A stretch of 64,000 nt of DNA from a virus. Below the pieces are notes generated by a model. That model searched no databases. It saw only the letters and a list, made by a program, of their open reading frames with translations, and had not been told where the DNA came from. Positions 52,677-60,567 of the stretch are shown here, piece after piece. Where the stretch lies: IMG/VR virus record IMGVR_UViG_3300021962_000041, positions 1-64,000 of that record; one strand, written 5' to 3'. The position numbers and the translations under genes are program-made. The stretch's first letter is position 1. Every line of letters begins with the position of its first letter.

Positions 52677-53486
52677 ATGTCCCAAGGAATCATCTACCTC
52701 ATCATCAACAAACAAAACGGACACAAATACGTTGGACAAACCACCCAAGGAATGAATAAAAGGTGGCAACAACATATACAAGAAGCATTGCGAATGAGTG
52801 ATAAACCACTACATCGTGCTATGCGTAAGTATGGCAATCACAACTTTATGATTAAAGAAATAGATGAGTGTGATGAAAGTTTATTAGATGAAAAAGAACA
52901 ATATTGGATAGAACAATATAATACCTTTGAAAGTGCAGAAGGTTATAATGCAACAAGTGGTGGAAGTCGTCCAATCTTTAGTAATGAAACAAAACAAAAA
53001 TTAAGTGAAATAGCATCTAATAGAGAAAGAACAGAAGAAGAAGTTGCTAATATAAAAACTGCTTTAACTGAAAAAGCAAAAGAAAGAAATTGGGGATTCT
53101 TAACTGATGAGAACAGAGGTAATGGTAAACACTCTGGCATCAAGATACAAGGACTGAATATCGAAACAGGTGAAATAAGAGAATGGGATAATGCCCGTGA
53201 TGCTGCAGAAGAAGTTGCTGGTGATCGTAATAAGAACAGCAATATCTTATTAAGTGCTAAGAAAGGATATAAGTGTTATGGTTATAGATGGAAACTACTT
53301 GAACAAAAGAGTAAGAAAAAAGCAGTCAAAGCAGTTAATAAAATAACATGGCAGGAACATCATTTTGAAAGTATTGCCGATGCGATTAGAAAAGTTGGTG
53401 GTAATAGCAGGGGGACTGGACTAATTAAATCATTAAGAAGTAATGGACGTTATACTTGGAAAGGATTTATGTGGTTTTATATTTAA
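52677..53486 (+). CDS. Free-standing GIY-YIG (Seg-like) homing endonuclease with NUMOD1-like C-terminal repeats
   Basis: GIIYLIINKQNGHKYVGQT, RW..H, E.YWI..YNT..GYN; two repeats EWDNARDAA..GYRW and FESIADAI..GFMW. Confidence 0.9.
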   Translation: MSQGIIYLIINKQNGHKYVGQTTQGMNKRWQQHIQEALRMSDKPLHRAMRKYGNHNFMIKEIDECDESLLDEKEQYWIEQYNTFESAEGYNATSGGSRPIFSNETKQKLSEIASNRERTEEEVANIKTALTEKAKERNWGFLTDENRGNGKHSGIKIQGLNIETGEIREWDNARDAAEEVAGDRNKNSNILLSAKKGYKCYGYRWKLLEQKSKKKAVKAVNKITWQEHHFESIADAIRKVGGNSRGTGLIKSLRSNGRYTWKGFMWFYI

Positions 53487-53489
53487 ATT

Positions 53490-53513
53490 AAAAAACCTCC
53501 TAAAAAGGAGGTT
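53490..53513 (-). terminator. Terminator between convergent genes
   Basis: AACCTCCT-N4-AGGAGGTT hairpin with T-run on minus strand. Confidence 0.75.
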
Positions 53514-53520
53514 CTGATGA

Positions 53521-54327
53521 TTATGATGTTTTCTTTGGTCTACCTCTCTTCTTTGGTTTTGGTTGCTCTTCTTCTACCTCTTCATGAACAGTTTCAAGAG
53601 TATTCAATGCAATCTCATCAATAATAGAATCAATCAATTGTGCTGTTTCTGTATCCTCTTCAGTCTGTGATGATTCTTCTTCCTCTAATGTATCTGGGTC
53701 AATACCTTGTGCAATTAGACGCTCTCTTTCCATCTTTCTCCACATTACTAATTCGGGAGAATCATCCTGTAGAGCAACATGATCAACAAAACCTACACTT
53801 TGCATTTCCTGTTCTGCAACCATTTGACGATGTGCTAATACCTCTTCCTCAGTATAATTGGGTTCTTCAGGTGTTGGATCAAACTCCCACATTGAACCAT
53901 TCCAATACCAATACAATGTACGACTATCAGGTTCTGGCATTGTCCATTTATACTTTGTTCCTAATTCCTTTTGATGTGGGAATCGTGGGCGATCAATTTC
54001 TGGATCTGGATTCAGAACCTTTTCCTTAACTTGTTCAAATCCAGATTCTAACCAATCCTGTTCACTAATTGTCCATTTCTCAATAGGACATGATTCTAAT
54101 GAGAACCTTACCTTATAAGCAAGGAAACATCCACAATGTCTACAACGTCCTTGTTTACCATCAAAGTAAGGACATTCTCTACAAATATCTAAACGTTGAT
54201 TTTGAATCTCTTGACTCACAAACAACTTTTCATGTCCATTGGCAAATGCTTCTTTAATCACTTCAAATGTGAACTTTGCCAGATTCTTACCTTGTTCTCC
54301 TAATGAAGGATATTCCTGTTCAGCCAT
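53521..54327 (-). CDS. Cys-cluster protein with acidic tail (268 aa)
   Basis: RLDICRECPYF...CRHCGCFL..KV....SCP..KW; C-terminal KKRGRPKK. Confidence 0.75.
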   Translation of the reverse strand: MAEQEYPSLGEQGKNLAKFTFEVIKEAFANGHEKLFVSQEIQNQRLDICRECPYFDGKQGRCRHCGCFLAYKVRFSLESCPIEKWTISEQDWLESGFEQVKEKVLNPDPEIDRPRFPHQKELGTKYKWTMPEPDSRTLYWYWNGSMWEFDPTPEEPNYTEEEVLAHRQMVAEQEMQSVGFVDHVALQDDSPELVMWRKMERERLIAQGIDPDTLEEEESSQTEEDTETAQLIDSIIDEIALNTLETVHEEVEEEQPKPKKRGRPKKTS

Positions 54328-54369
54328 GTTGTTTGAATAAAAAATGCACGTATACTAATTATAACACAA

Positions 54370-55494
54370 TTATTGATAAAGTCCTTTGATATTCGTCGTT
54401 GATCCACTGACGGTGTAGTTACCACCTGTGATTGCTCTTCCTGCAGTTCCACCATTAAATGCTCCAGTACCATTAGAATTATTACCCCAGTCTGCACCAT
54501 TGGATCCTCTTTCACCATCAAATCCATTTCCACCATAAGTTGGGCAACCACCTGGGGATCCTGAAGTTGGTCCTTCTGATTGTCCTAATGTTGCAGAATC
54601 AGTTCTTGTTAAAGTATAACCCTGACCATTTCCTCCTCCACCACCAGCACCACCAGGGGCACCAGGAACTGAAAAGACTTGTGCATATTGGCATTGACGA
54701 TAATACCAGTAATAAGTCGGTCCTTTGAAATACTGGGCACAAACACCATTATTAATACAACCATAGTCTGCAGTGGCACCTGCATTACATCCAGGACAAT
54801 TGTTACAACTCTGTCCAGTGTTCTGATTATAATAGGTCGTACATTGTCCAGATGTTCCTGTTGATCCTGCGGCACCTCTGGATCCACCAGCACCACCAGA
54901 CCAGATTCTGGCAGATCCTCCTACAACAATTTCAACTGGTCCACCAGATGGTGAATTCACATATAATGCAGGTCCGCCATTATTACCAGTTCCACCACCA
55001 CTGCTCTTTAATGCACCAGTTCCTCCCTGACCATAGATAAATCCATTCACCAGAATTTGTAAATTATAGGCAGTCGCATTGAATGATGCGGCATAGGCAC
55101 CCGTCGAAACATTACCACAAGTACCTTCAATGAAGATTCTTTTTTTAATGTTCTTTGCCAGATTGTTATTCCAATATGTTGATGCCTCTAAATTAATACC
55201 ATTCGCAGATGGTGTGGATACACTATTCGCATCCGTTCCACTTTGAATAATATCATAACGCTTAATCGAATAACGGAATTGTTGCGTCTTCCAGTTTGTC
55301 TGTGTTGATGTAATGGCTTCGTTTTCAGTGCAGTTCGGTACAACAGGATTCGTATTATTAGTTGAAAGTATTCTCAATAATTCTGATGCAGAAATCGGAC
55401 CAGGATTAACTGGTTGTTGGAAATCAGTTCTTAATGATGAAAAACTAATTGGACCAGATGAATATAATGGTGTTGTTGATATGGCAACTGACAT
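54370..55494 (-). CDS. Gly-rich tail-fibre adhesin-like protein (gp38-like, 374 aa)
   Basis: GPISFSSLR N-terminus; Gly-rich segments YGQGGTG, WSGGAGG, GGAGGGGGNG, GGTAGRAI; Cys-rich loop. Confidence 0.65.
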   Translation of the reverse strand: MSVAISTTPLYSSGPISFSSLRTDFQQPVNPGPISASELLRILSTNNTNPVVPNCTENEAITSTQTNWKTQQFRYSIKRYDIIQSGTDANSVSTPSANGINLEASTYWNNNLAKNIKKRIFIEGTCGNVSTGAYAASFNATAYNLQILVNGFIYGQGGTGALKSSGGGTGNNGGPALYVNSPSGGPVEIVVGGSARIWSGGAGGSRGAAGSTGTSGQCTTYYNQNTGQSCNNCPGCNAGATADYGCINNGVCAQYFKGPTYYWYYRQCQYAQVFSVPGAPGGAGGGGGNGQGYTLTRTDSATLGQSEGPTSGSPGGCPTYGGNGFDGERGSNGADWGNNSNGTGAFNGGTAGRAITGGNYTVSGSTTNIKGLYQ

Positions 55495-55518
55495 CGAAAT
55501 AGAAGAAGATTCTTTTTG

Positions 55519-55734
55519 TTATTTAGAGTCTGTCTTCTTCAATTCAGTATAAGGTACACGTCCAGTCTCATGATACATTACCATGTCATACTTGAACTTA
55601 CATTCTAATGGTTTCTGATTACACATCTTCAATGTTTGATTGATGGTGCTTTCGGTATAGGCATTCGATCCTAATGCGAATCCTACAATACCAACTAGAA
55701 CCAGTGCAGGATAATACACCAGTTTGCTTTTCAC
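55519..55734 (-). CDS. Small membrane-anchored protein
   Basis: Likely GTG start in GTGA overlap; N-terminal hydrophobic helix. Confidence 0.6.
   Translation of the reverse strand: MKSKLVYYPALVLVGIVGFALGSNAYTESTINQTLKMCNQKPLECKFKYDMVMYHETGRVPYTELKKTDSK
55520..55527 (-). promoter_or_regulatory. Late promoter (TCTAAATA) for adhesin-like gene
   Basis: CTAAATA ~25 nt upstream of ATG 55494. Confidence 0.55.
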
Positions 55735-55883
55735 TGAAACACTGGTACGATTTCCGAGTTCAGGTAACCCAACTTCTGTACGTGTTGTTCCCATAATGAT
55801 GCGTCCTCAATGTTGTAAAAGATTGCGGTTTGTTTTGTTTGTTTGTTTCGTTTGTTCTTGTAGTAGATAACCTGGTACTTCAT
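55731..55883 (-). CDS. Hypothetical protein (50 aa)
   Basis: Not in track. MKYQVIYYKNKRNKQTKQTAIFYNIEDASLWEQHV... Confidence 0.65.
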   Translation of the reverse strand: MKYQVIYYKNKRNKQTKQTAIFYNIEDASLWEQHVQKLGYLNSEIVPVFQ

Positions 55884-56058
55884 AATGATCATTCCAATGT
55901 CTTACGACCCCTGCGATAATAAAACAATTAGTAAGAAGATAAGAAAGGAATATAAAAGTCCGTACACCAGCAATGTGGTCTGCCTCTCTGTCATTTTTCG
56001 TTGCCTTCTCCCCAAGTGCTTTCGCCCATAATCTCCACATATTTTTTCTCTTCTTCAT
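55807..56058 (-). CDS. Small membrane protein
   Basis: MWRLWAKALGEKA...EAD.IA..RT.IF..Y..TN..I..GV.RHW. Confidence 0.7.
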   Translation of the reverse strand: MKKRKNMWRLWAKALGEKATKNDREADHIAGVRTFIFLSYLLTNCFIIAGVVRHWNDHYEVPGYLLQEQTKQTNKTNRNLLQH

Positions 56059-56284
56059 GGACAGATTCTCTTGATTTTACATAGGTCAATTCATTCCATT
56101 GATTATGATAACACAGCACCATCAAACGATCATTGCGATGAATGGAACATGCCTCATAGTTTTCTTCATTTTTTGGTTTGACTCCAATCTCAATTGTAAT
56201 GTACTTCTTATCCTTGAAATACACCCATCCTTCAATATGAGGTTTCCACTTTACATAATGATTGACTTCGGGAGTATAACTCAT
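55991..56284 (-). CDS. Conserved hypothetical protein (97 aa)
   Basis: EGWVYF...YITIE. Confidence 0.7.
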   Translation of the reverse strand: MSYTPEVNHYVKWKPHIEGWVYFKDKKYITIEIGVKPKNEENYEACSIHRNDRLMVLCYHNQWNELTYVKSRESVHEEEKKYVEIMGESTWGEGNEK

Positions 56285-56568
56285 ACAAATGCAGACTCAA
56301 GTGGCGTTTGCTTTGGTATCATAGCAGAATATGGAGTTGTTTGTGCTATACTAACAGCGTTCCCGACCTTGCTGGAATTAATTGGGGCATAATAGGTTCG
56401 GGTCTTGGTGTTGTAGAACCCCCAAATAGAACGGACAGGATTGCCCCCATTATAATCAAAATGAGTGCAGTTCCAAATCCAAATAGAAATGACATTTCGT
56501 TTGAACTCTTCATACTCATAACGATAACCTTCGGGTGCTTGATGTGGGAATTCAATAGTCATCACCAT
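56281..56568 (-). CDS. Conserved hypothetical protein (95 aa)
   Basis: FPHQAPEGY, SIWGFY, TTPYSAM. Confidence 0.75.
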   Translation of the reverse strand: MVMTIEFPHQAPEGYRYEYEEFKRNVISIWIWNCTHFDYNGGNPVRSIWGFYNTKTRTYYAPINSSKVGNAVSIAQTTPYSAMIPKQTPLESAFV

Positions 56569-56854
56569 ATTCTAAACCAGATTCGGCATTCATCAATTCG
56601 ACAGTTGTTTGATACCCTTTGGCAATGGTCAGTTCATGAGTCTTTCCGATGTCTTCCAGTGCTTCAACATCGAACTCTGGTGCAGTGATCCAACTAAAAC
56701 CTTTGCCAAAAGTGTTATCGGGATTGACCACATACCAATGGCAAGCAGTATCAGGAACGAAAACAGAACATTTCTTCCAGTCATTGTCCCATTGTGGTAC
56801 TTGTACAAATGATAGTGCGGCAAATAGAAAACCGAAAAGACTCAGAAACATCAT
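56552..56854 (-). CDS. Putative secreted/membrane protein (100 aa)
   Basis: Signal-like N-terminus. Confidence 0.65.
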   Translation of the reverse strand: MMFLSLFGFLFAALSFVQVPQWDNDWKKCSVFVPDTACHWYVVNPDNTFGKGFSWITAPEFDVEALEDIGKTHELTIAKGYQTTVELMNAESGLEYGDDY

Positions 56855-57009
56855 TCACAAAGATAAACTTTTAGATACTCTGGATTGATACCACCAGCAA
56901 GCAATGTATTTAGAATTTCATCGCATTGTTCTTTGGTGACACCATCGGCAACTGCTTCCCAACCTCCAGTATAATTCTGAAGGATTTTGTAACGTGGTTC
57001 TTCTGTCAT
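56851..57009 (-). CDS. Hypothetical protein (52 aa)
   Basis: Not in track. MTEEPRYKILQNYTGGWE...GINPEYLKV. Confidence 0.65.
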   Translation of the reverse strand: MTEEPRYKILQNYTGGWEAVADGVTKEQCDEILNTLLAGGINPEYLKVYLCE

Positions 57010-57011
57010 GA

Positions 57012-57257
57012 TCAGGTCAGGAAGATGTCAATGACTCGGGACTCTTCATCCTCGGCAAGTGCAAACTTAGGTGCCTTGACAATGTTAGGCATCACGCGAT
57101 CTTCATATTGTGGATCAAATGGATTGGTTTCACCTTCATCAAAATTAGTCAGAAGATCAAAACACTCCTGATCATTTTCGGCAATGACACTAATCATTCC
57201 ACCATACTCGGAGGAAGGAAACGGAACCCAATAATCAACAAGATAAATGTACTTCAT
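57012..57257 (-). CDS. Conserved hypothetical protein (81 aa)
   Basis: YLVDYWVPFPSSEYGG. Confidence 0.75.
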   Translation of the reverse strand: MKYIYLVDYWVPFPSSEYGGMISVIAENDQECFDLLTNFDEGETNPFDPQYEDRVMPNIVKAPKFALAEDEESRVIDIFLT

Positions 57258-57270
57258 TTGTTTTTCTAAA

Positions 57271-57441
57271 TTACTCCTCAATTTTAGATGAATGAGTCAG
57301 ATTTGTCAACTGACGTTGTAGTTCAACTTTTACCGAAACCAGATGACCATACATAAACTTTTGATACTCATTATCCTCAATCAAAGAGATAATGTTATCA
57401 ATCTGCATCAGTGCAAGAATGAGTTTTGTCTGTTCACTCAT
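57271..57441 (-). CDS. Hypothetical protein (56 aa)
   Basis: Not in track. MSEQTKLILALMQIDNII...ELQRQLTN. Confidence 0.65.
   Translation of the reverse strand: MSEQTKLILALMQIDNIISLIEDNEYQKFMYGHLVSVKVELQRQLTNLTHSSKIEE
57281..57309 (-). promoter_or_regulatory. Sigma70-like promoter TTGACA-N17-TAAAAT
   Basis: Embedded in 3' end of the upstream ORF. Confidence 0.7.
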
Positions 57442-57620
57442 ACAAACTCTGAAATGTAGTAATCAACAGTTACCTCAAGTTCTGCTGCCTTGGTCTCAAA
57501 ATAACTTTGAGTGTACTTACGTGCAGCCTCACGTCGTACATAGTTTTGGACTTCAACATCAGCATGTTTCATAAAGTCCTCAAAAGCAGTCATAAACTGC
57601 TTGATGTCTTCATCGTTCAT
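57438..57620 (-). CDS. Hypothetical protein (60 aa)
   Basis: MNDEDIKQF...KAAELEVTVDYYISEFV. Confidence 0.7.
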   Translation of the reverse strand: MNDEDIKQFMTAFEDFMKHADVEVQNYVRREAARKYTQSYFETKAAELEVTVDYYISEFV

Positions 57621-57747
57621 TTGCACATCCAATGGTTTGACAATAATAGGACTCAAACATACGATTGTCACGTTGAATTAACCAATAGTTATAACTCAAC
57701 ATGCCAATCGCAATCAATGCACCATAAAACACATACTTCCGTGTCAT
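57610..57747 (-). CDS. Small membrane protein (45 aa)
   Basis: Not in track. MTRKYVFYGALIAIGMLSYNYWLIQRD... Confidence 0.6.
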   Translation of the reverse strand: MTRKYVFYGALIAIGMLSYNYWLIQRDNRMFESYYCQTIGCANER

Positions 57748-57995
57748 CAGCAAGCACCTGCCATAGGATTGACATTCTTGACTTCAGTGTTGAAACCAGT
57801 CACTTCCCAACCCATACCAATACGCTCATCCATTTCACGCTCAAACTCACGCTTGGTGATGCACTTGTAAGACATAGCATCAACACCACGGAACTTGAGC
57901 ACCTTGAACATGTGACGGGTGCTATCTTTGACAGGATAGTAATCCACAGTCATGGAGGGTTTGCCGTCGATCTTGGAGAAGGTGGAGAGTTGCAT
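57747..57995 (-). CDS. Early hypothetical protein (82 aa)
   Basis: First gene after early promoter. Confidence 0.7.
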   Translation of the reverse strand: MQLSTFSKIDGKPSMTVDYYPVKDSTRHMFKVLKFRGVDAMSYKCITKREFEREMDERIGMGWEVTGFNTEVKNVNPMAGAC

Positions 57996-58020
57996 GGGGT
58001 GTTCCCTTGACTACCTTAGT

Positions 58021-58079
58021 ATTATAGGTCAGAAGGACGGCACCACGTCGTTCCGTAGACCAGTTTGCGAACTGTCCAT
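58021..58079 (-). promoter_or_regulatory. Early promoter module 9
   Basis: TATAAT 58021-26; palindrome 58056-79; gap 29. Confidence 0.75.
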
Positions 58080-58232
58080 CTGCTCGAACATGGTGTAAAG
58101 TTTGTTATACAATGCTGGCACACTTCCATATTCCCGTGCAATTTGATTTTCCTCACGGAGATTCAGTAACTGCAGTGCAGATAGAATTACACCAATTTCA
58201 TGAACATTCAGTTGTACATTTGTTTCTGTCAT
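58029..58232 (-). CDS. Hypothetical protein (67 aa)
   Basis: LNVHEIGVILSALQ. Confidence 0.65.
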   Translation of the reverse strand: MTETNVQLNVHEIGVILSALQLLNLREENQIAREYGSVPALYNKLYTMFEQMDSSQTGLRNDVVPSF

Positions 58233-58237
58233 TGTTT

Positions 58238-58627
58238 TCAATCCCAACTAACATTTTGAACAAGAAAACCAGGCATTACATAAGTCCATGCTCCAGTTTC
58301 ATTACTACCACCAACTTTATACTCCCACTTGTACTCAAACTTATTGTGACTATCCCATGTCACATATCCTTTCTCCTTGTCAAATCGTCCTTTGATCGTC
58401 AAACCATGTTTGTTAGAGAAAATGTTACGAGTGCGAAGCGCACCACCAGTCTCACGGGTTTCTACAACTTTACAGGTGTCGGGATACGTTTGAAGTCCTG
58501 CTTCAAGCAGACAAGGAGTTTCATATACAAATGGACGATACACCTTGGGTTTAACTGGTGCAGGTGCAGTTTGTGCAAATGCTGGTGATACCAATAGCAA
58601 CGATGCGATTAGAAAAAACTTTTTCAT
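58238..58627 (-). CDS. Putative exported protein (129 aa)
   Basis: Signal peptide MKKFFLIASLLLVSPAFA. Confidence 0.7.
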   Translation of the reverse strand: MKKFFLIASLLLVSPAFAQTAPAPVKPKVYRPFVYETPCLLEAGLQTYPDTCKVVETRETGGALRTRNIFSNKHGLTIKGRFDKEKGYVTWDSHNKFEYKWEYKVGGSNETGAWTYVMPGFLVQNVSWD

Positions 58628-58938
58628 CCAACTACCCTCCAACATACGGTCGCGTTTCCTTGTTTTGTAGAGGCAATGTGAGTAAATGCAGAATAACTCA
58701 AGTCAAGATCAGCATGAGAATAAGGACCGCGATCATTGATTCTTACGATTACCTGTTTGAGATTGTCTTGGTTTGTAACTCTAATTTTAGTTCCCATAGG
58801 TAGGTAAGGGTGAGCAGCAGTCCAACGATAAGCATCAAATCGTTCTCCATTTGCGGTAGTTTGTCCATGAAATCCATCACCAATTCCATAGAATGTGGCA
58901 ACTCCGCAAGTAAGACCAGCAATCAGTGTTTCAATCAT
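58624..58938 (-). CDS. RlpA-like (DPBB) lytic transglycosylase
   Basis: ATFYG..FHGQTTANGERFD, TAAHPYLPMGT..RVTN, VRINDRGPY, DLSYSAF. Confidence 0.88.
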   Translation of the reverse strand: MIETLIAGLTCGVATFYGIGDGFHGQTTANGERFDAYRWTAAHPYLPMGTKIRVTNQDNLKQVIVRINDRGPYSHADLDLSYSAFTHIASTKQGNATVCWRVVG

Positions 58939-59129
58939 TGTTTGATCTTGAGTTCCCAAACATCACGACTCAGAGATTGAATGGCAGAATTGATACTACC
59001 ATCCAGAGAGTGAACTTTATACTCAAGTTCACCCAGTTGGCGATACAGGTTGAGACACATCAGAGTATTGGCGGCAATACCAACAATGATGGACCAACCA
59101 ACAACTTTCTCAAGATTTACATCACTCAT
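58935..59129 (-). CDS. Small TM/coiled-coil protein (64 aa)
   Basis: Single hydrophobic segment. Confidence 0.6.
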   Translation of the reverse strand: MSDVNLEKVVGWSIIVGIAANTLMCLNLYRQLGELEYKVHSLDGSINSAIQSLSRDVWELKIKQ

Positions 59130-59283
59130 TTTCATCAGGGGCAAAAGCAAGTTCAAGATAATTATAACCGATTACCTTTCGTCCTTGATGCGAATCGGTA
59201 TCGATCTTTACACCTTCGCTTTGAAGTTTATCAAGGCGACGTGCAGTTGATTCATTCAGTTTTGCAGTCCAATAGTAACTCAT
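59122..59283 (-). CDS. Hypothetical protein (53 aa)
   Basis: Not in track. MSYYWTAKLNESTARRLDKL..., AGGAGG RBS. Confidence 0.6.
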   Translation of the reverse strand: MSYYWTAKLNESTARRLDKLQSEGVKIDTDSHQGRKVIGYNYLELAFAPDENE

Positions 59284-59435
59284 GAGATTCCTCCTGTTTT
59301 GTTATATTCTATCATAGAACGCCGTGCAGCGTAAGCCTCAAATTCAGATGGGAATGATGCAATGGTCCGACCATTATCTGCCCAGTACAGATACCAACGT
59401 CTGGCAAACTGTTTGATAAGAATTGGTTTGTTCAT
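59280..59435 (-). CDS. Hypothetical protein (51 aa)
   Basis: Not in track. MNKPILIKQFARRWYLYWADNGRTIASF... Confidence 0.6.
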   Translation of the reverse strand: MNKPILIKQFARRWYLYWADNGRTIASFPSEFEAYAARRSMIEYNKTGGIS

Positions 59436-59593
59436 CAGTCCTCAGGATAAAGTTTCCAACCATCGGGATAAAGTCCCATCTCTTCACAACGCACCTCATA
59501 AGCAATACGCTGTAAGCAAAGCAGATCCATCGATTCAACTGCTTTCATGATAGAGCGGCGAATCTGCTTGTCTTGAATGGTGTCGGTGACCAT
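59435..59593 (-). CDS. Early hypothetical protein (52 aa)
   Basis: MVTDTIQDKQIRRSI. Confidence 0.65.
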   Translation of the reverse strand: MVTDTIQDKQIRRSIMKAVESMDLLCLQRIAYEVRCEEMGLYPDGWKLYPED

Positions 59594-59617
59594 TGCGGTT
59601 CCCTTGACTACCTTTGT

Positions 59618-59676
59618 ATTATAGGGCAAAAGAAAGGGGTCTCAACGACCCCTGTGCCACTTGTTCAACTGTCCAC
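59618..59676 (-). promoter_or_regulatory. Early promoter module 10
   Basis: TATAAT 59618-23; palindrome 59653-76; gap 29. Confidence 0.8.
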
Positions 59677-60567
59677 CTTCACGATCAGGATCTCATGGGA
59701 TTCTTTAGTATTGCCCCCACCAGACAGGATTCGATTGTCACCAATACGTGTCTCTCCTAATTGATAGGAATAGTGCCATTCTGGGAAATACTGATCAAAA
59801 TCTTTGTAGTATTCACGGATCGTCTCACAATTGTTATAAGACAGGATAAAACTGCCTTTGTGATTGTGCAGCAGATCTCTCAGTGTTTCATGATCAAAAC
59901 CAGTATGATGCACGTCAATGTTGCAGTTGGGATACATTCCCTTCAGCATTTTGTTATCAGAATCCTTATCCAAATAGTATGGTGGATCCAGATACAGGAG
60001 ATCACCAGAATGTTCTGGGATTACATCAACAAACGATGCCTTCTCTACGTGCAGATCCTTATTGGTATATGCTCTGATGTTGTGGACCATCTTATCCCAT
60101 TTAGTCTGACTTTCATAGATCTTACTCATCCAACCCAGATACATCGGTCCATAGGACAGGTTATGGTTGAAGTAATAGTATGCTGCAGCAGTCAGATCAT
60201 CCAGTTGGATTGAATCACGCTTATAATAATCAGTGTGCCAATCTTTCAGCATATCCTGAGTATACTGCCACTGCAACAGCAACTCTTTGATTTCAGCATA
60301 TTTTTCCTTGGTAGGAGTCAACTCCTGAAGTTTATCTGCCAACTCATTAGGAGAAGACAGAAGAACATTCCAGAAGTTGACCAGAGCATCAAAGATGTCG
60401 AACCCATAGACAGGAATGCCAAGTTCAGATGCCCATTTTGATTCTAAACTACCTCCACCAACAAATGGTGAGATGATACGCTGGGGATATGGAAGTCTAG
60501 GAATATATTGAGTGATAAGTTTGTATGCCTTTGACTTACCACCAGCATAACGGAGAGGTGTTTTCAT
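59665..60567 (-). CDS. DNA adenine methyltransferase (D12/Dam-like, alpha class)
   Basis: PLRYAGGKS, PFVGGGS, YLDPPYY, FILSYN. Confidence 0.92.
   Translation of the reverse strand: MKTPLRYAGGKSKAYKLITQYIPRLPYPQRIISPFVGGGSLESKWASELGIPVYGFDIFDALVNFWNVLLSSPNELADKLQELTPTKEKYAEIKELLLQWQYTQDMLKDWHTDYYKRDSIQLDDLTAAAYYYFNHNLSYGPMYLGWMSKIYESQTKWDKMVHNIRAYTNKDLHVEKASFVDVIPEHSGDLLYLDPPYYLDKDSDNKMLKGMYPNCNIDVHHTGFDHETLRDLLHNHKGSFILSYNNCETIREYYKDFDQYFPEWHYSYQLGETRIGDNRILSGGGNTKESHEILIVKVDS

Noticed and set aside
54370-55494. Diversity-generating retroelement target
   Set aside because: No reverse transcriptase and no second near-copy (template repeat) seen in the window
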